The translations under genes were made by a program, and so were the position numbers. From UHGV virus genome UHGV-0038498: 64,000 nucleotides of DNA. One strand, given 5' to 3'. Numbering within the stretch: position 1 is the stretch's first letter; each line of letters begins with the position of its first letter. Under the pieces are notes generated by a model. It saw only the letters and a list, made by a program, of their open reading frames with translations. It made no database searches and was not told where the DNA came from. This DNA comes from a virus. Below, piece after piece: positions 1 through 9,900 of this stretch.

Positions 1-168
1 AGTGGTGATCAGTTAATTCGTATTTCACCTCTTAAGAGCACTAGCGAGAAAATGACAGTTAATGCTACTTTAGCAAACAACAGCAATGAACGTTTCTGTA
101 TTGAAAATGATACTGAAACTTATACCGTAGAAGAGTTTTGGGAATTGAGCGTCGACTGCGACGATTAA
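1..168 (+). CDS. hypothetical protein, C-terminal fragment (gene begins upstream of window)
   Basis: Frame 1 is open from base 1 to TAA at 166-168; same orientation as the downstream early genes. Confidence 0.35.
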   Translation, partial: SGDQLIRISPLKSTSEKMTVNATLANNSNERFCIENDTETYTVEEFWELSVDCDD

Positions 169-228
169 TTTATCGGGCCGTATGTATTCATGCGGCCTTG
201 GAGTAGAAAATAATTAGAGGAAATTAAC

Positions 229-684
229 ATGAAATATATGACTGTTACTGATTTGAATAATGCAGGCGCAACTGTTATTGGTACAATCAAGGGCGGTGAA
301 TGGGTTTTTGGAACTCCGCATAAAGACATTTTGTCTAACCCTGGATTTTACTTTTTAGTGAGCAAATTTGGTGGTCCATTTGATAGTCCGTGTGTATCTG
401 CACGATTTTATGTAGGTAATCAGCGTTCTAAGCAAGGATTCAGTGCAGTTCTAAGTCATATTCGTCAGCGTCGGTCTCAGCTTGCGCGTACTATTGCAAA
501 TAACAATGTTCCATACACAGTATTTTATCTTCCTGCTTCTAAGATGAAACCTCTGACGACGGGATTTGGAAAAGGTCAGTTAGCTTTAGCGTTTACTCGT
601 AATCATCATTCTGAGTATCAAACACTTGAAGAAATGAACCGTATGTTGGCTGATAACTTTAAATTTGTTTTGCAGGCATATTAA
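229..684 (+). CDS. ndd: nucleoid disruption protein Ndd
   Basis: 151-aa ORF ([18 protein letters not shown]...) matching T4 Ndd in length and sequence as recalled; sits directly upstream of stp/ac/52 as in T4. Confidence 0.6.
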
Positions 685-764
685 TGAGTAATTTCCATAA
701 CGAACATGTGATGCAGTTCTATCGTAACAATCTTAAAACCAAAGGCGTCTTCGGACGCCAGTGA
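684..764 (+). CDS. stp: Stp peptide (26 aa; activator/modulator of host restriction and anticodon nuclease)
   Basis: Small ORF below the track cutoff, [26 protein letters not shown], matching T4 Stp as recalled; start overlaps ndd stop (TAATG). Confidence 0.7.
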
Positions 765-771
765 GGAAAAT

Positions 772-930
772 ATGAATATCGCAAAATTATTAGGAGTTAT
801 TTCATTTGTTTGTTGGATAGTAGCATGTGTTTTAACTATCTGTATCGATGCTAGCAGTGTGTTTTCACAAGCTTTAGCCCAGGGTATGTGTGCATATTTA
901 ACATTTGTGTTGTTATCTACTAATGATTAA
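772..930 (+). CDS. ac: small membrane protein, Ac-like (acridine sensitivity)
   Basis: 52-aa hydrophobic ORF MNIAKLLGVISFVCWIVACVLTICIDASS...; GAGGA RBS 6 nt upstream; position between stp and gene 52 as in T4. Confidence 0.45.
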   Translation: MNIAKLLGVISFVCWIVACVLTICIDASSVFSQALAQGMCAYLTFVLLSTND

Positions 931-1063
931 GAAAATCTTGGGCTATTCATTAGCCCTTGCTACTTTATTGGTAGCACTATATTATGGAGTAATGTTCGGA
1001 TTAATTCAAGTCGTGCTTTTCATTTCTGATGTTATTATGGCACTACATTCACTAGTATGGTAA
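923..1063 (+). CDS. small hydrophobic protein (46 aa)
   Basis: ATG overlaps the ac stop; single predicted transmembrane segment; ends 4 nt before the gene 52 ATG. Confidence 0.3.
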   Translation: MIKKILGYSLALATLLVALYYGVMFGLIQVVLFISDVIMALHSLVW

Positions 1064-1067
1064 ATTT

Positions 1068-2396
1068 ATGCAACTGAATAATCGCGATTTAAAAAGTATC
1101 ATTGATAATGAAGCATTGGCTTATGCTATGTACACGGTTGAAAATCGTGCTATCCCAAATATGATTGATGGATTTAAGCCAGTTCAACGATTTGTTATTG
1201 CTCGAGCTCTTGATTTGGCACGAGGAAATAAAGATAAGTTTCACAAACTCGCTTCTATTGCAGGCGGTGTAGCAGACCTTGGATATCATCATGGTGAAAA
1301 CTCTGCACAAGACGCGGGTGCTTTGATGGCTAACACTTGGAATAATAACTTTCCTTTGTTAGATGGTCAAGGAAATTTTGGTTCTCGTACCGTTCAAAAA
1401 GCAGCGGCAAGTCGTTATATTTTTGCTCGTGTAAGTAAAAATTTCTATAACGTATATAAAGATACTGAATATGCTCCGGTACATCAAGATAAAGAACACA
1501 TTCCGCCTGCTTTCTATTTGCCTATTATTCCTACTGTTCTTCTTAACGGTGTTTCCGGTATTGCAACTGGTTATGCAACTTACATTCTTCCTCATAGTGT
1601 TTCTTCTGTCAAGAAAGCTGTACTGCAAGCTCTTCAAGGAAAGAAAGTAACTAAACCGAAGGTAGAATTCCCAGAATTTCGCGGTGAAGTCGTTGAAATT
1701 GACGGTCAATATGAAATTCGTGGAACGTACAAGTTTACTTCACGAACTCAAATGAATATCACTGAGATTCCATATAAGTATGATCGTGAAACTTATGTGA
1801 GTAAAATCTTAGACCCGCTTGAAGATAAAGGCTTCATTACGTGGGATGATGCTTGTGGTGAGCATGGTTTTGGCTTTAAAGTTAAATTCCGTAAAGAATA
1901 TTCTTTGAGCGATAACGAAGAAGAACGCCATGCAAAAATTATGAAAGACTTCGGGTTGATTGAGCGTCGTTCCCAGAATATTACTGTTATTAATGAGAAA
2001 GGAAAGCTGCAAGTTTACGATAACGTAGTTGATTTAATCAAAGACTTCGTTGAAGTTCGTAAAACTTATGTCCAAAAACGAATTGATAACAAAATCAAAG
2101 AAACTGAATCGGCATTTCGTTTAGCCTTTGCCAAGGCGCATTTCATTAAGAAAGTAATTTCAGGTGAAATTGTTGTACAAGGTAAAACTCGTAAAGAACT
2201 GACCGAAGAACTTTCTAAAATTGATATGTATTCTTCTTATGTTGATAAACTAGTTGGAATGAACATTTTTCATATGACTTCCGACGAAGCAAAGAAACTT
2301 GCTGAAGAAGCTAAAGCTAAAAAAGAAGAAAACGAATATTGGAAAACTACTGATGTAGTTACCGAATACACTAAAGATTTAGAGGAAATCAAATGA
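1068..2396 (+). CDS. 52: DNA topoisomerase II medium subunit gp52
   Basis: 442-aa ORF, MQLNNRDLKSIIDNEALAYAMYTVENRAIPNMIDGFKPVQR..., matches T4 gp52 in length and sequence as recalled. Confidence 0.92.
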   Translation: MQLNNRDLKSIIDNEALAYAMYTVENRAIPNMIDGFKPVQRFVIARALDLARGNKDKFHKLASIAGGVADLGYHHGENSAQDAGALMANTWNNNFPLLDGQGNFGSRTVQKAAASRYIFARVSKNFYNVYKDTEYAPVHQDKEHIPPAFYLPIIPTVLLNGVSGIATGYATYILPHSVSSVKKAVLQALQGKKVTKPKVEFPEFRGEVVEIDGQYEIRGTYKFTSRTQMNITEIPYKYDRETYVSKILDPLEDKGFITWDDACGEHGFGFKVKFRKEYSLSDNEEERHAKIMKDFGLIERRSQNITVINEKGKLQVYDNVVDLIKDFVEVRKTYVQKRIDNKIKETESAFRLAFAKAHFIKKVISGEIVVQGKTRKELTEELSKIDMYSSYVDKLVGMNIFHMTSDEAKKLAEEAKAKKEENEYWKTTDVVTEYTKDLEEIK

Positions 2397-2542
2397 GTCC
2401 ATTCATTGGTATTACAAGCGCTGCATTAGTATCCGGTGGCATTTTACTGGCGGGTTTAGGTGTTGTTCCTGCCGTAGCAGGAGGTCTTCTTGCGTTCGGA
2501 ATTCAACGTGTTATCATGACAGTTATCACAGTCATGCAGTAA
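2393..2542 (+). CDS. small membrane protein (49 aa)
   Basis: ATGA overlap with the gene 52 stop; Gly/Ala-rich hydrophobic sequence; followed immediately by a terminator. Confidence 0.3.
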   Translation: MSPFIGITSAALVSGGILLAGLGVVPAVAGGLLAFGIQRVIMTVITVMQ

Positions 2543-2547
2543 TTTTA

Positions 2548-2574
2548 GGGAGAGCCGAGGCTCTCCCTTTTTTA
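2548..2574 (+). terminator. rho-independent terminator
   Basis: GGGAGAGC-cgag-GCTCTCCC hairpin followed by TTTTTT. Confidence 0.7.
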
Positions 2575-2638
2575 TTTCAAAAATTTTTTCACAAAACGGT
2601 TTACAACCAAAGCATACTGTGGTACTATACAACTATCA
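2568..2638 (+). repeat. terminator-proximal early-promoter cassette, copy A
   Basis: TTTTTTATTTCAAAAATTTTTTCACAAAACGGTTTACA...CTGTGGTACTATACAACTATCA, near-identical to 19937-20007 except the spacer. Confidence 0.7.
2599..2628 (+). promoter_or_regulatory. early promoter upstream of motA
   Basis: GTTTAC -35 at 2599-2604 with A/T-rich upstream tract; TACTAT -10 at 2623-2628, 18-bp spacer. Confidence 0.6.
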
Positions 2639-2669
2639 ACTACTGATACAGAATTACGGAGATTAGAAA

Positions 2670-3305
2670 ATGTCTAAAGTAACTTACATCATCAAAGCTT
2701 CTAACGATGTTCTGAATGAAAAAACTGCTGCGATTTTAATTACCATTGCTAAGAAAGATTTCATTACAGCTGCAGAAGTTCGTGAGGTGCATCCAGATTT
2801 AGGTAACGCAGTAGTTAATAGTAATATTGGGGTATTGATTAAAAAAGGCCTGGTGGAGAAATCTGGTGATGGATTAATCATTACAGGCGAAGCTCAGGAT
2901 ATTATTTCAAATGCAGCAACTTTATATGCGCAGGAAAATGCTCCTGAACTACTGAAAAAACGAGCAACTCGTAAAGCTCGTGAGATTACTTCCGATATGG
3001 AAGAAGATAAAGACTTCATGTTAAAACTTTTAGATGAAAATGGATTTGTTCTTAAAAAGGTTGAAACTTACCGCAGTAACTATCTTGCTATTTTAGAAAA
3101 ACGCACTCACGGAATTCGTAATTTTGAAATTAATAACAATGGAAATATGCGAATTTTTGGATACAAAATGATGGAACATCATATTCAGAAATTTACTGAT
3201 ATCGGAATGTCATGTAAAATCGCTAAAAACGGTAATGTGTATCTTGACATTAAACGCTCGGCAGAAAACATTGAAGCAGTAATCACCGTAGCATCTGAAC
3301 TGTGA
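2670..3305 (+). CDS. motA: middle-promoter transcription activator MotA
   Basis: 211-aa ORF MSKVTYIIKASNDVLNEKTAAIL... matching T4 MotA as recalled. Confidence 0.9.
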   Translation: MSKVTYIIKASNDVLNEKTAAILITIAKKDFITAAEVREVHPDLGNAVVNSNIGVLIKKGLVEKSGDGLIITGEAQDIISNAATLYAQENAPELLKKRATRKAREITSDMEEDKDFMLKLLDENGFVLKKVETYRSNYLAILEKRTHGIRNFEINNNGNMRIFGYKMMEHHIQKFTDIGMSCKIAKNGNVYLDIKRSAENIEAVITVASEL

Positions 3306-3315
3306 GGAATAAATA

Positions 3316-3645
3316 ATGAACAAGTTAGAAATTGTTAATGAACTTCGTCGTTGTGCAGAACCCACTCAAGAGGGGTGGGACATCTGGTACCATGGAGCTT
3401 ATCTTGGAACTATCGTAAAGATTAAGACTGGTAAATACATGATTATTCGTGAAAGTAAAGATGCTCCAGTAGGTATTCGCAATAATTTTATGGCGGCGAT
3501 AAGTTCCTTTACGGATTCAGCTTATGAAATTTACCTTGCTGATTATAAAGAATTCCAGGAATCTCAACCAGTTATTCGCTCAATTGGTGTTAACAAAGCT
3601 CAACAGAAAACTTTGTGGCAGCGTATTAAAGGATGGTTTAAATGA
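3316..3645 (+). CDS. hypothetical protein (motA.1-like position)
   Basis: 109-aa ORF with RBS, directly downstream of motA. Confidence 0.55.
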   Translation: MNKLEIVNELRRCAEPTQEGWDIWYHGAYLGTIVKIKTGKYMIIRESKDAPVGIRNNFMAAISSFTDSAYEIYLADYKEFQESQPVIRSIGVNKAQQKTLWQRIKGWFK

Positions 3646-4103
3646 ACCCATTTATTAATCGTTTAAAAATGCTGAATGTTCCTTTATCTCGTGAAACTCC
3701 AGAAAGTCTTGTTGAAAAATTTAAAGCGCATGGTTATAAATGCACAGAAGAAGATATTCTGAAAGAAGTTCCTGAAATCTGTTGGCAGTCTGCATATTGG
3801 GACGAAAATCAAAAATATCAACGACGAATTGTTTGCGCAGCCAACCGTTTTAAATTAAAAGATGGACGAACTCTTGTTATTCCAGGTGCTCGTCATTATT
3901 CTAAAGATATGGCAGAAGTTTTAGATGTAGTTAAACCTCAATTAGTTACTCAACAAGTTTGTGATGATGACCAAGGGTTTATTGACCAATATAGTAATTA
4001 TTGGACCCGTGAAGAAGCAATGATTATTGCAACTTACGCTGGACAAGTACGTATTGAACGTGGTGGTAGTGAAAAAGAACTTTACTCTGAGGACCTTTAC
4101 TAA
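3642..4103 (+). CDS. hypothetical protein
   Basis: 153-aa ORF translationally coupled (ATGA overlap) to the upstream ORF. Confidence 0.55.
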   Translation: MNPFINRLKMLNVPLSRETPESLVEKFKAHGYKCTEEDILKEVPEICWQSAYWDENQKYQRRIVCAANRFKLKDGRTLVIPGARHYSKDMAEVLDVVKPQLVTQQVCDDDQGFIDQYSNYWTREEAMIIATYAGQVRIERGGSEKELYSEDLY

Positions 4104-4399
4104 TGAATATTAAAAAGTTTCAAATTGATGGAATTAAGAATCAAATCCAGGCACTGGAATATGCCAATAAAATGATGTCAACTAATTGGGGAATTTATGC
4201 CAATGAACCGGCATTTCAATTCTGTAATATGGAATTCACCAAAAAGCTCGTAGGAAAAGATTATGTATGTCCATTTAGTTCCCCAATAAATGGAATGCTA
4301 AAACCTGCTTTACGCGATCTTTATATTGCGATGAACGAAGAAATGATAAAAGAACTAAAACGTCAACTGAAGGTGATTCAATTTGGCCAGGGAAATTAA
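4103..4399 (+). CDS. hypothetical protein
   Basis: 98-aa ORF; start overlaps the upstream stop. Confidence 0.5.
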   Translation: MNIKKFQIDGIKNQIQALEYANKMMSTNWGIYANEPAFQFCNMEFTKKLVGKDYVCPFSSPINGMLKPALRDLYIAMNEEMIKELKRQLKVIQFGQGN

Positions 4400-4601
4400 T
4401 TCAAAATCCGATTATTTTAATTCTCTCAATGATAAAGATAAAAATCTAATACGGCATTTTATTGTTGAGATGGGATATACTGACACACGTGATTTAAGAG
4501 AACATATATTTGAATGTGGTGTAGCTAAAAAGTTTTCATTCACATGCAAATGTTTGAGAGAGGTAATTCAGCACTATGAACAATTTAGTCGCAAAACATA
4601 A
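4383..4601 (+). CDS. hypothetical protein
   Basis: 72-aa ORF overlapping the upstream ORF end. Confidence 0.4.
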   Translation: MAREINSKSDYFNSLNDKDKNLIRHFIVEMGYTDTRDLREHIFECGVAKKFSFTCKCLREVIQHYEQFSRKT

Positions 4602-4684
4602 TTTTAATAAAGCTTCTATCCATAAAGATAAGAAGAAAGCGTTTAAAGAATCTAATCGCAAACAGAAACATAAGGGGAAGGTCT

Positions 4685-4963
4685 ATGATTATTGATTCTC
4701 AGTCTGTGGTTCAATACACAATCAAAATTGATATTCTAGAAAAGCTATATAAGTTTCTACCAAATTTATACCACTCAATTGTTAATGAATTAGTTGAAGA
4801 ACTACATCTCGAGAATAATGATTTCTTGGTTGGAACTTATAAAGACCTCTCAAAAGCAGGATATTTTTACGTAATTCCAGCTCCAGGAAAAAGTATTGAT
4901 GATGTATTAAAAACTATAATGATTTATGTCCTTGATTATGAAATTGAAGATTATTTCGAATGA
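4685..4963 (+). CDS. arn: anti-restriction nuclease inhibitor Arn
   Basis: 92-aa ORF MIIDSQSVVQYTIKIDILEKLYKF... matching T4 Arn as recalled; upstream of asiA as in T4. Confidence 0.7.
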   Translation: MIIDSQSVVQYTIKIDILEKLYKFLPNLYHSIVNELVEELHLENNDFLVGTYKDLSKAGYFYVIPAPGKSIDDVLKTIMIYVLDYEIEDYFE

Positions 4964-5112
4964 GTCATAATCTTGAAAAAGTAATCGAGCATAATGTAGC
5001 TCAGGAACGTAAGTCGTTCAAGGAATTCGTAGAAAAAATTTTTGAAGAAAATACCACAGACCAGTTTACAAATCAAGCGTCTGATGATATTATAGTAAAG
5101 TCAACTAATTGA
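4960..5112 (+). CDS. small hypothetical protein (50 aa)
   Basis: ATGA overlap with arn stop; contains the asiA early promoter inside its coding sequence. Confidence 0.3.
   Translation: MSHNLEKVIEHNVAQERKSFKEFVEKIFEENTTDQFTNQASDDIIVKSTN
5064..5093 (+). promoter_or_regulatory. early promoter upstream of asiA
   Basis: GTTTAC at 5064-5069, 18-bp spacer, TATTAT at 5088-5093. Confidence 0.55.
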
Positions 5113-5124
5113 GTGGTATAGTTA

Positions 5125-5397
5125 ATGAATAAAAATATTGATACAGTTCGTGAAATTATTACTGTTGCGTCTATTTTAATTAAATTTTCCAGAGAAGATA
5201 TTGTTGAGAATCGTGCTAATTTTATTGCATTTCTGAATGAGATTGGAGTAACGCATGAAGGTAGAAAGTTGAATCAGAATTCATTCCGTAAAATTGTTTC
5301 TGAATTAACTCAAGAAGATAAGAAAACCCTCATCGACGAATTCAACGAGGGTTTTGAGGGTGTATATCGATATCTAGAGATGTATACGAACAAATAA
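5125..5397 (+). CDS. asiA: anti-sigma70 factor AsiA
   Basis: 90-aa ORF MNKNIDTVREIITVASILIKFSREDIVENRANFIAFL... matching T4 AsiA as recalled. Confidence 0.92.
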   Translation: MNKNIDTVREIITVASILIKFSREDIVENRANFIAFLNEIGVTHEGRKLNQNSFRKIVSELTQEDKKTLIDEFNEGFEGVYRYLEMYTNK

Positions 5398-6054
5398 TTA
5401 TTTAGCCCTTCCTAATATTCTGGCCGCCTGAGCACATATTGATTCAAGGCGGTCATTACTTATATGATCATTTCTATACCAGTACATGGTTATTGTTCCA
5501 GCATAGATATTATCCAAATTGAAATATGGACAACTGTACATGTAATTTATTTCGGGAGTAGGCTTTTTAGTCGGTAAAAAAGCAAATTTTGAGTTGGAAT
5601 AATAATGACGTCCATTTAAATGAACTGCATATTCATCCATAGTTTTATCAACAGGATATCCTCCAAGTGATTTTTCACTTATTGTTGAAGGTAATTTTCC
5701 TTCATATGCTATAATATCAACAAAATAGTTTAAGTTTTTAGGGCGGAAAGAATACACCGCACTAAAGTCTGCCTCAGATGATATATGAACTATCTGGAGT
5801 TGTTCCAGGGCGACAGATTCAAAGCGTGCATTTCTTTCCTTTTCAATAATTTCACTGTATGTTTCATACTTTGATTGCTTATAGTACTCAAAGAAACTAT
5901 CTCCCCTATACCAAACAATCGCCATTATAAACAAAAGAATTACGACAGCTACACGGGAAGCAAGAACTTTCCCGGTAGCGTTATCTTTGAACAAGCGATC
6001 TAGAACACCAAACAGAATATCAGAGGGCGAAAATGATATTCTAGGTGCTGCCAT
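5398..6054 (-). CDS. t: holin T (lysis timing, lysis-inhibition sensor)
   Basis: 218-aa ORF MAAPRISFSPSDILFGVLDRL... with one N-proximal transmembrane segment and large C-terminal domain; matches T4 T holin as recalled. Confidence 0.9.
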   Translation of the reverse strand: MAAPRISFSPSDILFGVLDRLFKDNATGKVLASRVAVVILLFIMAIVWYRGDSFFEYYKQSKYETYSEIIEKERNARFESVALEQLQIVHISSEADFSAVYSFRPKNLNYFVDIIAYEGKLPSTISEKSLGGYPVDKTMDEYAVHLNGRHYYSNSKFAFLPTKKPTPEINYMYSCPYFNLDNIYAGTITMYWYRNDHISNDRLESICAQAARILGRAK

Positions 6055-6085
6055 AGACCCTCCTTTTAAGGATATTTATTCAAAA

Positions 6086-6877
6086 TTATACTCTTGCACC
6101 ATATATTGTACCAACTTTAGTCCAAGTTGGAGCATTACCAGTAACAGCTTTACCTGCTGCGCCACCCGAGTGAACAGTTCCTCCAGTACCACCTTGAATA
6201 TATGAAGATTTGCCCGCAGCCCCCAAATCTCCACCATCTCCTCCATGGTGAACCCCAGAAACAGTACCTTTACCAGGAGCAGAAATTGTAGCGGCAGATG
6301 CTGCCGATGCGCTGCCGCCTGCTGCACCCGCTGCACCAAATGGACGACCTCCGCCGCCACCAAATATCATATCCATTTGGGGGAAAGGATGATATCTAGC
6401 ACCAGCGCCGCCACCACCGCCACCACCGATAATACCATTATTGTTTATTCTTAAACGAGTTCCAATTCCGTTATTTATTGCAGTTCCTCCTGCTCCACCA
6501 GCAGAGTTACTTCCGCCATTTCCTCCTCGACCCAATACATGAACACCACTATTAATATTTAAGGTAACATATGCATTAGTTAATGAGCTAGGAAAATCTA
6601 AGCATGGTTGACCTGTCGATGAAGAAACGATATTGCCTGTAATTGTAATAACAACAGGAGTACTTCCTTGGGCTTTTATCCAATTTATTAGTGTGTCTTT
6701 ATTATAAGAATTGCTAGCACCAATGCTGTAATATACTTCTTTAGATTGTCCGGCCATTGAGCTCATCCAACCAGGAACTGAAACACGAACTGCTTTCATT
6801 GCAGCATCCATCCAACGTTGTCCAGTTTCATTCACGGCAGATTCACCAATCCAGCCAGGAACACCTACAATTGCCAT
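6086..6877 (-). CDS. 38: long tail fibre tip adhesin gp38 (T2-type, glycine-rich motifs)
   Basis: 263-aa ORF immediately downstream of gp37; conserved N-terminal gp37-attachment region followed by poly-Gly blocks (GGNGGSNSAGGAGG, GGGGGGGAG, GGGGG, GAAGAAGG) separated by variable segments. Confidence 0.85.
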   Translation of the reverse strand: MAIVGVPGWIGESAVNETGQRWMDAAMKAVRVSVPGWMSSMAGQSKEVYYSIGASNSYNKDTLINWIKAQGSTPVVITITGNIVSSSTGQPCLDFPSSLTNAYVTLNINSGVHVLGRGGNGGSNSAGGAGGTAINNGIGTRLRINNNGIIGGGGGGGAGARYHPFPQMDMIFGGGGGRPFGAAGAAGGSASAASAATISAPGKGTVSGVHHGGDGGDLGAAGKSSYIQGGTGGTVHSGGAAGKAVTGNAPTWTKVGTIYGARV

Positions 6878-6888
6878 TAAAAATCCTT

Positions 6889-6906
6889 AGAGGGCCGAAG
6901 CCCTCT
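6889..6906 (-). other. intercistronic RNA hairpin between genes 37 and 38
   Basis: Perfect 7-bp stem with 4-nt loop (UUCG on the transcribed strand), sitting just upstream of the gp38 AAGGA RBS. Confidence 0.5.
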
Positions 6907-6907
6907 T

Positions 6908-9900
6908 TTACATAAGTTTAGATTCAAGTTCTTTTACACGAGAAGAAAGTGTTTTCACAGCTTCAACCAGAAGAGCAATCTGGGCTTGAGAAGAAACAGT
7001 GAGTATTTTATTACCCTTGCTATCTTCTGTTTCATGGACAGCTTCTGGTAAAACGTCTTGCAACGTTTGAGCTATAATACCCGCTTCGGTTTGAACAGGT
7101 TCACCGCCTATATATTCAGCTTTGTCATAGATTAAACCATCAAGTTGCTCAACCCTTTCGAGCGCATTTTTAATAGGTTTAAAATTAGATTTCAAGCGAA
7201 CATCAGAACGAATATAAACGTTAGGAGCATTGACGTTTTTCTCGGAATAAACTTCACTTGAGGTGAATCTAACAACTTTAACGTTGTTCGCCCACGCTTC
7301 TAAAAGCCCATCGCCTACTTGTCTAAAACCAGTATCGCTATCACCAATTGCAATGGAGTTACCACCCCAACCGTTGGAGGTATTTACACCAAATGCTCTC
7401 GCAGATCCGCATGATAGTATAGGAGCATAAAATGTTCCATCCATGTCAAAAGTCCAACGAGCCTGTTGCCCCGATGGGTTGTCGCCACGCATGCGAATAA
7501 TACCTTGACGCCAAGTACCAGAAACACCTAACCATCCAAATTCAAATGATTGACGATAGCCCGCGTCAGTTAAAAAACTGTATCCAGAAAATAGCGGGTA
7601 ATAAGCTTGACTTGTCTTGGAAATGCCACCCGTATTCGCTAAGAATGCAGAATTGTCGCGAGTCACATTTGAAATAGCAGAAAAGCTAACACTCCATTGT
7701 CCGGCAGCTTTAACTCGTGAATTAATGTTTCCATTAATAGTAATATCTTTATCAAAAGAAGTATTTTCGCCAAGACGAACAGTACCAGCAGTCATATCGA
7801 TTGAAAACGGTCGTTTTCCATTCCAATCGCCTTCAGTTGCTTTATTATCGCCGTCTGAAGAGTTTTTGTCAGTCAGTAAAATATAGAAGTTTCCACCGTC
7901 ATTTCGAAATAAAACGGAATTAGAACCTGATCTATCAGAATTACTTGTAATACGAATACCAGTTTGGTTATTAATAGCAATTTCTGACTCTGCTACATAA
8001 CGCTTAGGCCCGTTAGGCGTTTTTTGCAAGTTATTCAATATACTTGCAACTTGACCTTGAATTGCCGTCTCAGGAAGTTCAACTGCAGTTTCTGTGGCGC
8101 CGGATGAATCTGAAGCAAATATTTGATTAACATTAGCGTTCGGTGTGGCATAATATGAAACAGCCAACGCCTGGGCGTATGTACCTACATTCACATAGAT
8201 ATCATAAACATCGCCTGATGTATTAACAGTGGCAACGTTTTTAATACCTTGAGCAACATCCAACGACCAAACAACAGCATTAATGCCTTTAGGATTGTTG
8301 TTAGAAGTTCTTAAAACAATTTGCGAAATAACACACTGGTGAGGAGTGGAAACATTATACCCGTTCCCGCCTGAAATTTCAAATTTAATAGTTGAGGTTG
8401 ATTGCGGCATTGTCACCGTTGCTAATTTGTACCAACCGCCAGTACCTGAATAAGAAACCATTCGGGTATTGACTTTACGATCTAATGTCGAGTTCAAGTT
8501 AGCAAAGTTAGGTAATGAACCACCCGTGATATTACCATCAGTACCAATACGAACATTACCAGCACCTAATTTACCAGGAGAGTAAAAATCACCGTTTTTA
8601 TTAAATTCCCAACCTAAATCCTTTATAATCGCGCCAGTAGAACCGCCATCACCACCTTCATGATAATGAACTCTAAAATTACCACCGTTAATTAAAGTAC
8701 CAATAGAATAGCAACTATTATTTTGTACGTATCTCTGTTTAACAATTGGAACATACGTACTTGTATCTGTGCGATTAATATTCATATAGAACGGAGCACG
8801 AACGTTTTCATTATTTTGTGAAGCAAATGAACCAGCCCCCGCAGGTCTAACAGCATCAGTACATTCTACATCGATGTACGACGACTGACCTAACTGCATA
8901 CGGTAATTAGGAGAAATACGACTATGACTAGTAACAACAACAAGTTTATTATCGTTGTCTACAGTAATCATATTGCCGCCTCTGCCGTCATCGCCTAACG
9001 TGACAGAATGACGCATTTGTACCATACCATTATTAAGACTAATACTTAATGGGCGGAGATTACTTATTCCACCACTTTCACCAGCATCTTTAGGAGTCGG
9101 GATAATATGTAATGATGCTTCTGAACGACGGAAAATAGCACCATATTCAGCATTCCAAATTCTTAATGCATCTGCTGTTCCACCAAATTTAGCTTGTCCG
9201 TTTACAGATAATCCATTATTAACATTTAAAGAAGATTCAGTTGTAATAGAACCAGAAGCAACAATACTGCCTGAAGTTAATAAACCACCATTAACTCGAA
9301 ATTGAATAGGTCCGACAGTAGAACCTGATCCGGGAGCAACTCGCTGAGAATAAAAATGGTAACCTTGCCCATCTGATACTTCAAAAACTGTTTCACGGGA
9401 ACGATCGCCAGATGCGTTAAATGAATTACCCCACGCTTTAACAGTTACATAGCTTTTATTCTGCCCAGCACGAGTACCACCTTCCCACAAAATTTGCTTA
9501 GTGCCATCAACCGTAGTAGTTGGAGCGAATGTTAGCCCAGCAGTAGAATTATTAGCTGCTAAATATACACCATTATATATTGAAAGCTGCTTAGTGGATG
9601 TAATACCGCCATCAGCATAAAACATTACATTATTTGCACCGGTTACTATTTTAAGAATACCCGGGTTAACTTCCATGCCTTCTTGGGTATTAATATTAGT
9701 TTTGCCTTTACCACGGAAATAGTGGTTCATTTTTCCGCCTGAGTTATAGCCAATATGTGTCTGGCCGTCTCCAGCAGTGTTTTCATCAGCCTGTGTTTGA
9801 ACTGATAAAAATGCAACATTCGTTCCAGGCATAGTCCATGTTGTACCTTGATCTTCTGAGCGACCAAATATACCTTTACGAGTACTACGGAAACTATCAG

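Noticed and set aside
175-198. Hairpin GGGCCG...CGGCCT upstream of ndd
   Set aside because: 5-bp stem with a 12-nt loop and a terminal G-T pair; too weak to call.
1089-2012. Antisense ORFs (1089-1310, 1359-1709, 1809-2012 on the - strand) inside gene 52
   Set aside because: They lie opposite a strongly supported, T4-matching gene, are AT-rich and low-complexity with no RBS; typical spurious reverse-strand frames.
6073-6080. Possible late promoter upstream of holin t
   Set aside because: The - strand reads AATAAATA, not the exact TATAAATA seen at every other late promoter in the window; left uncalled.
6076-6454. ORFs 6076-6363 (-) and 6245-6454 (+) overlapping the gp38 adhesin
   Set aside because: Alternative frames of the Gly-rich gp38 coding region (poly-GGN codons give open frames in several phases); gp38 itself is the supported gene.
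6300-6560. Glycine-codon-rich repetitive DNA that could be mistaken for a simple repeat or array
   Set aside because: It encodes the glycine-rich motifs of gp38; there are no regular spacers and no CRISPR-like repeat structure.
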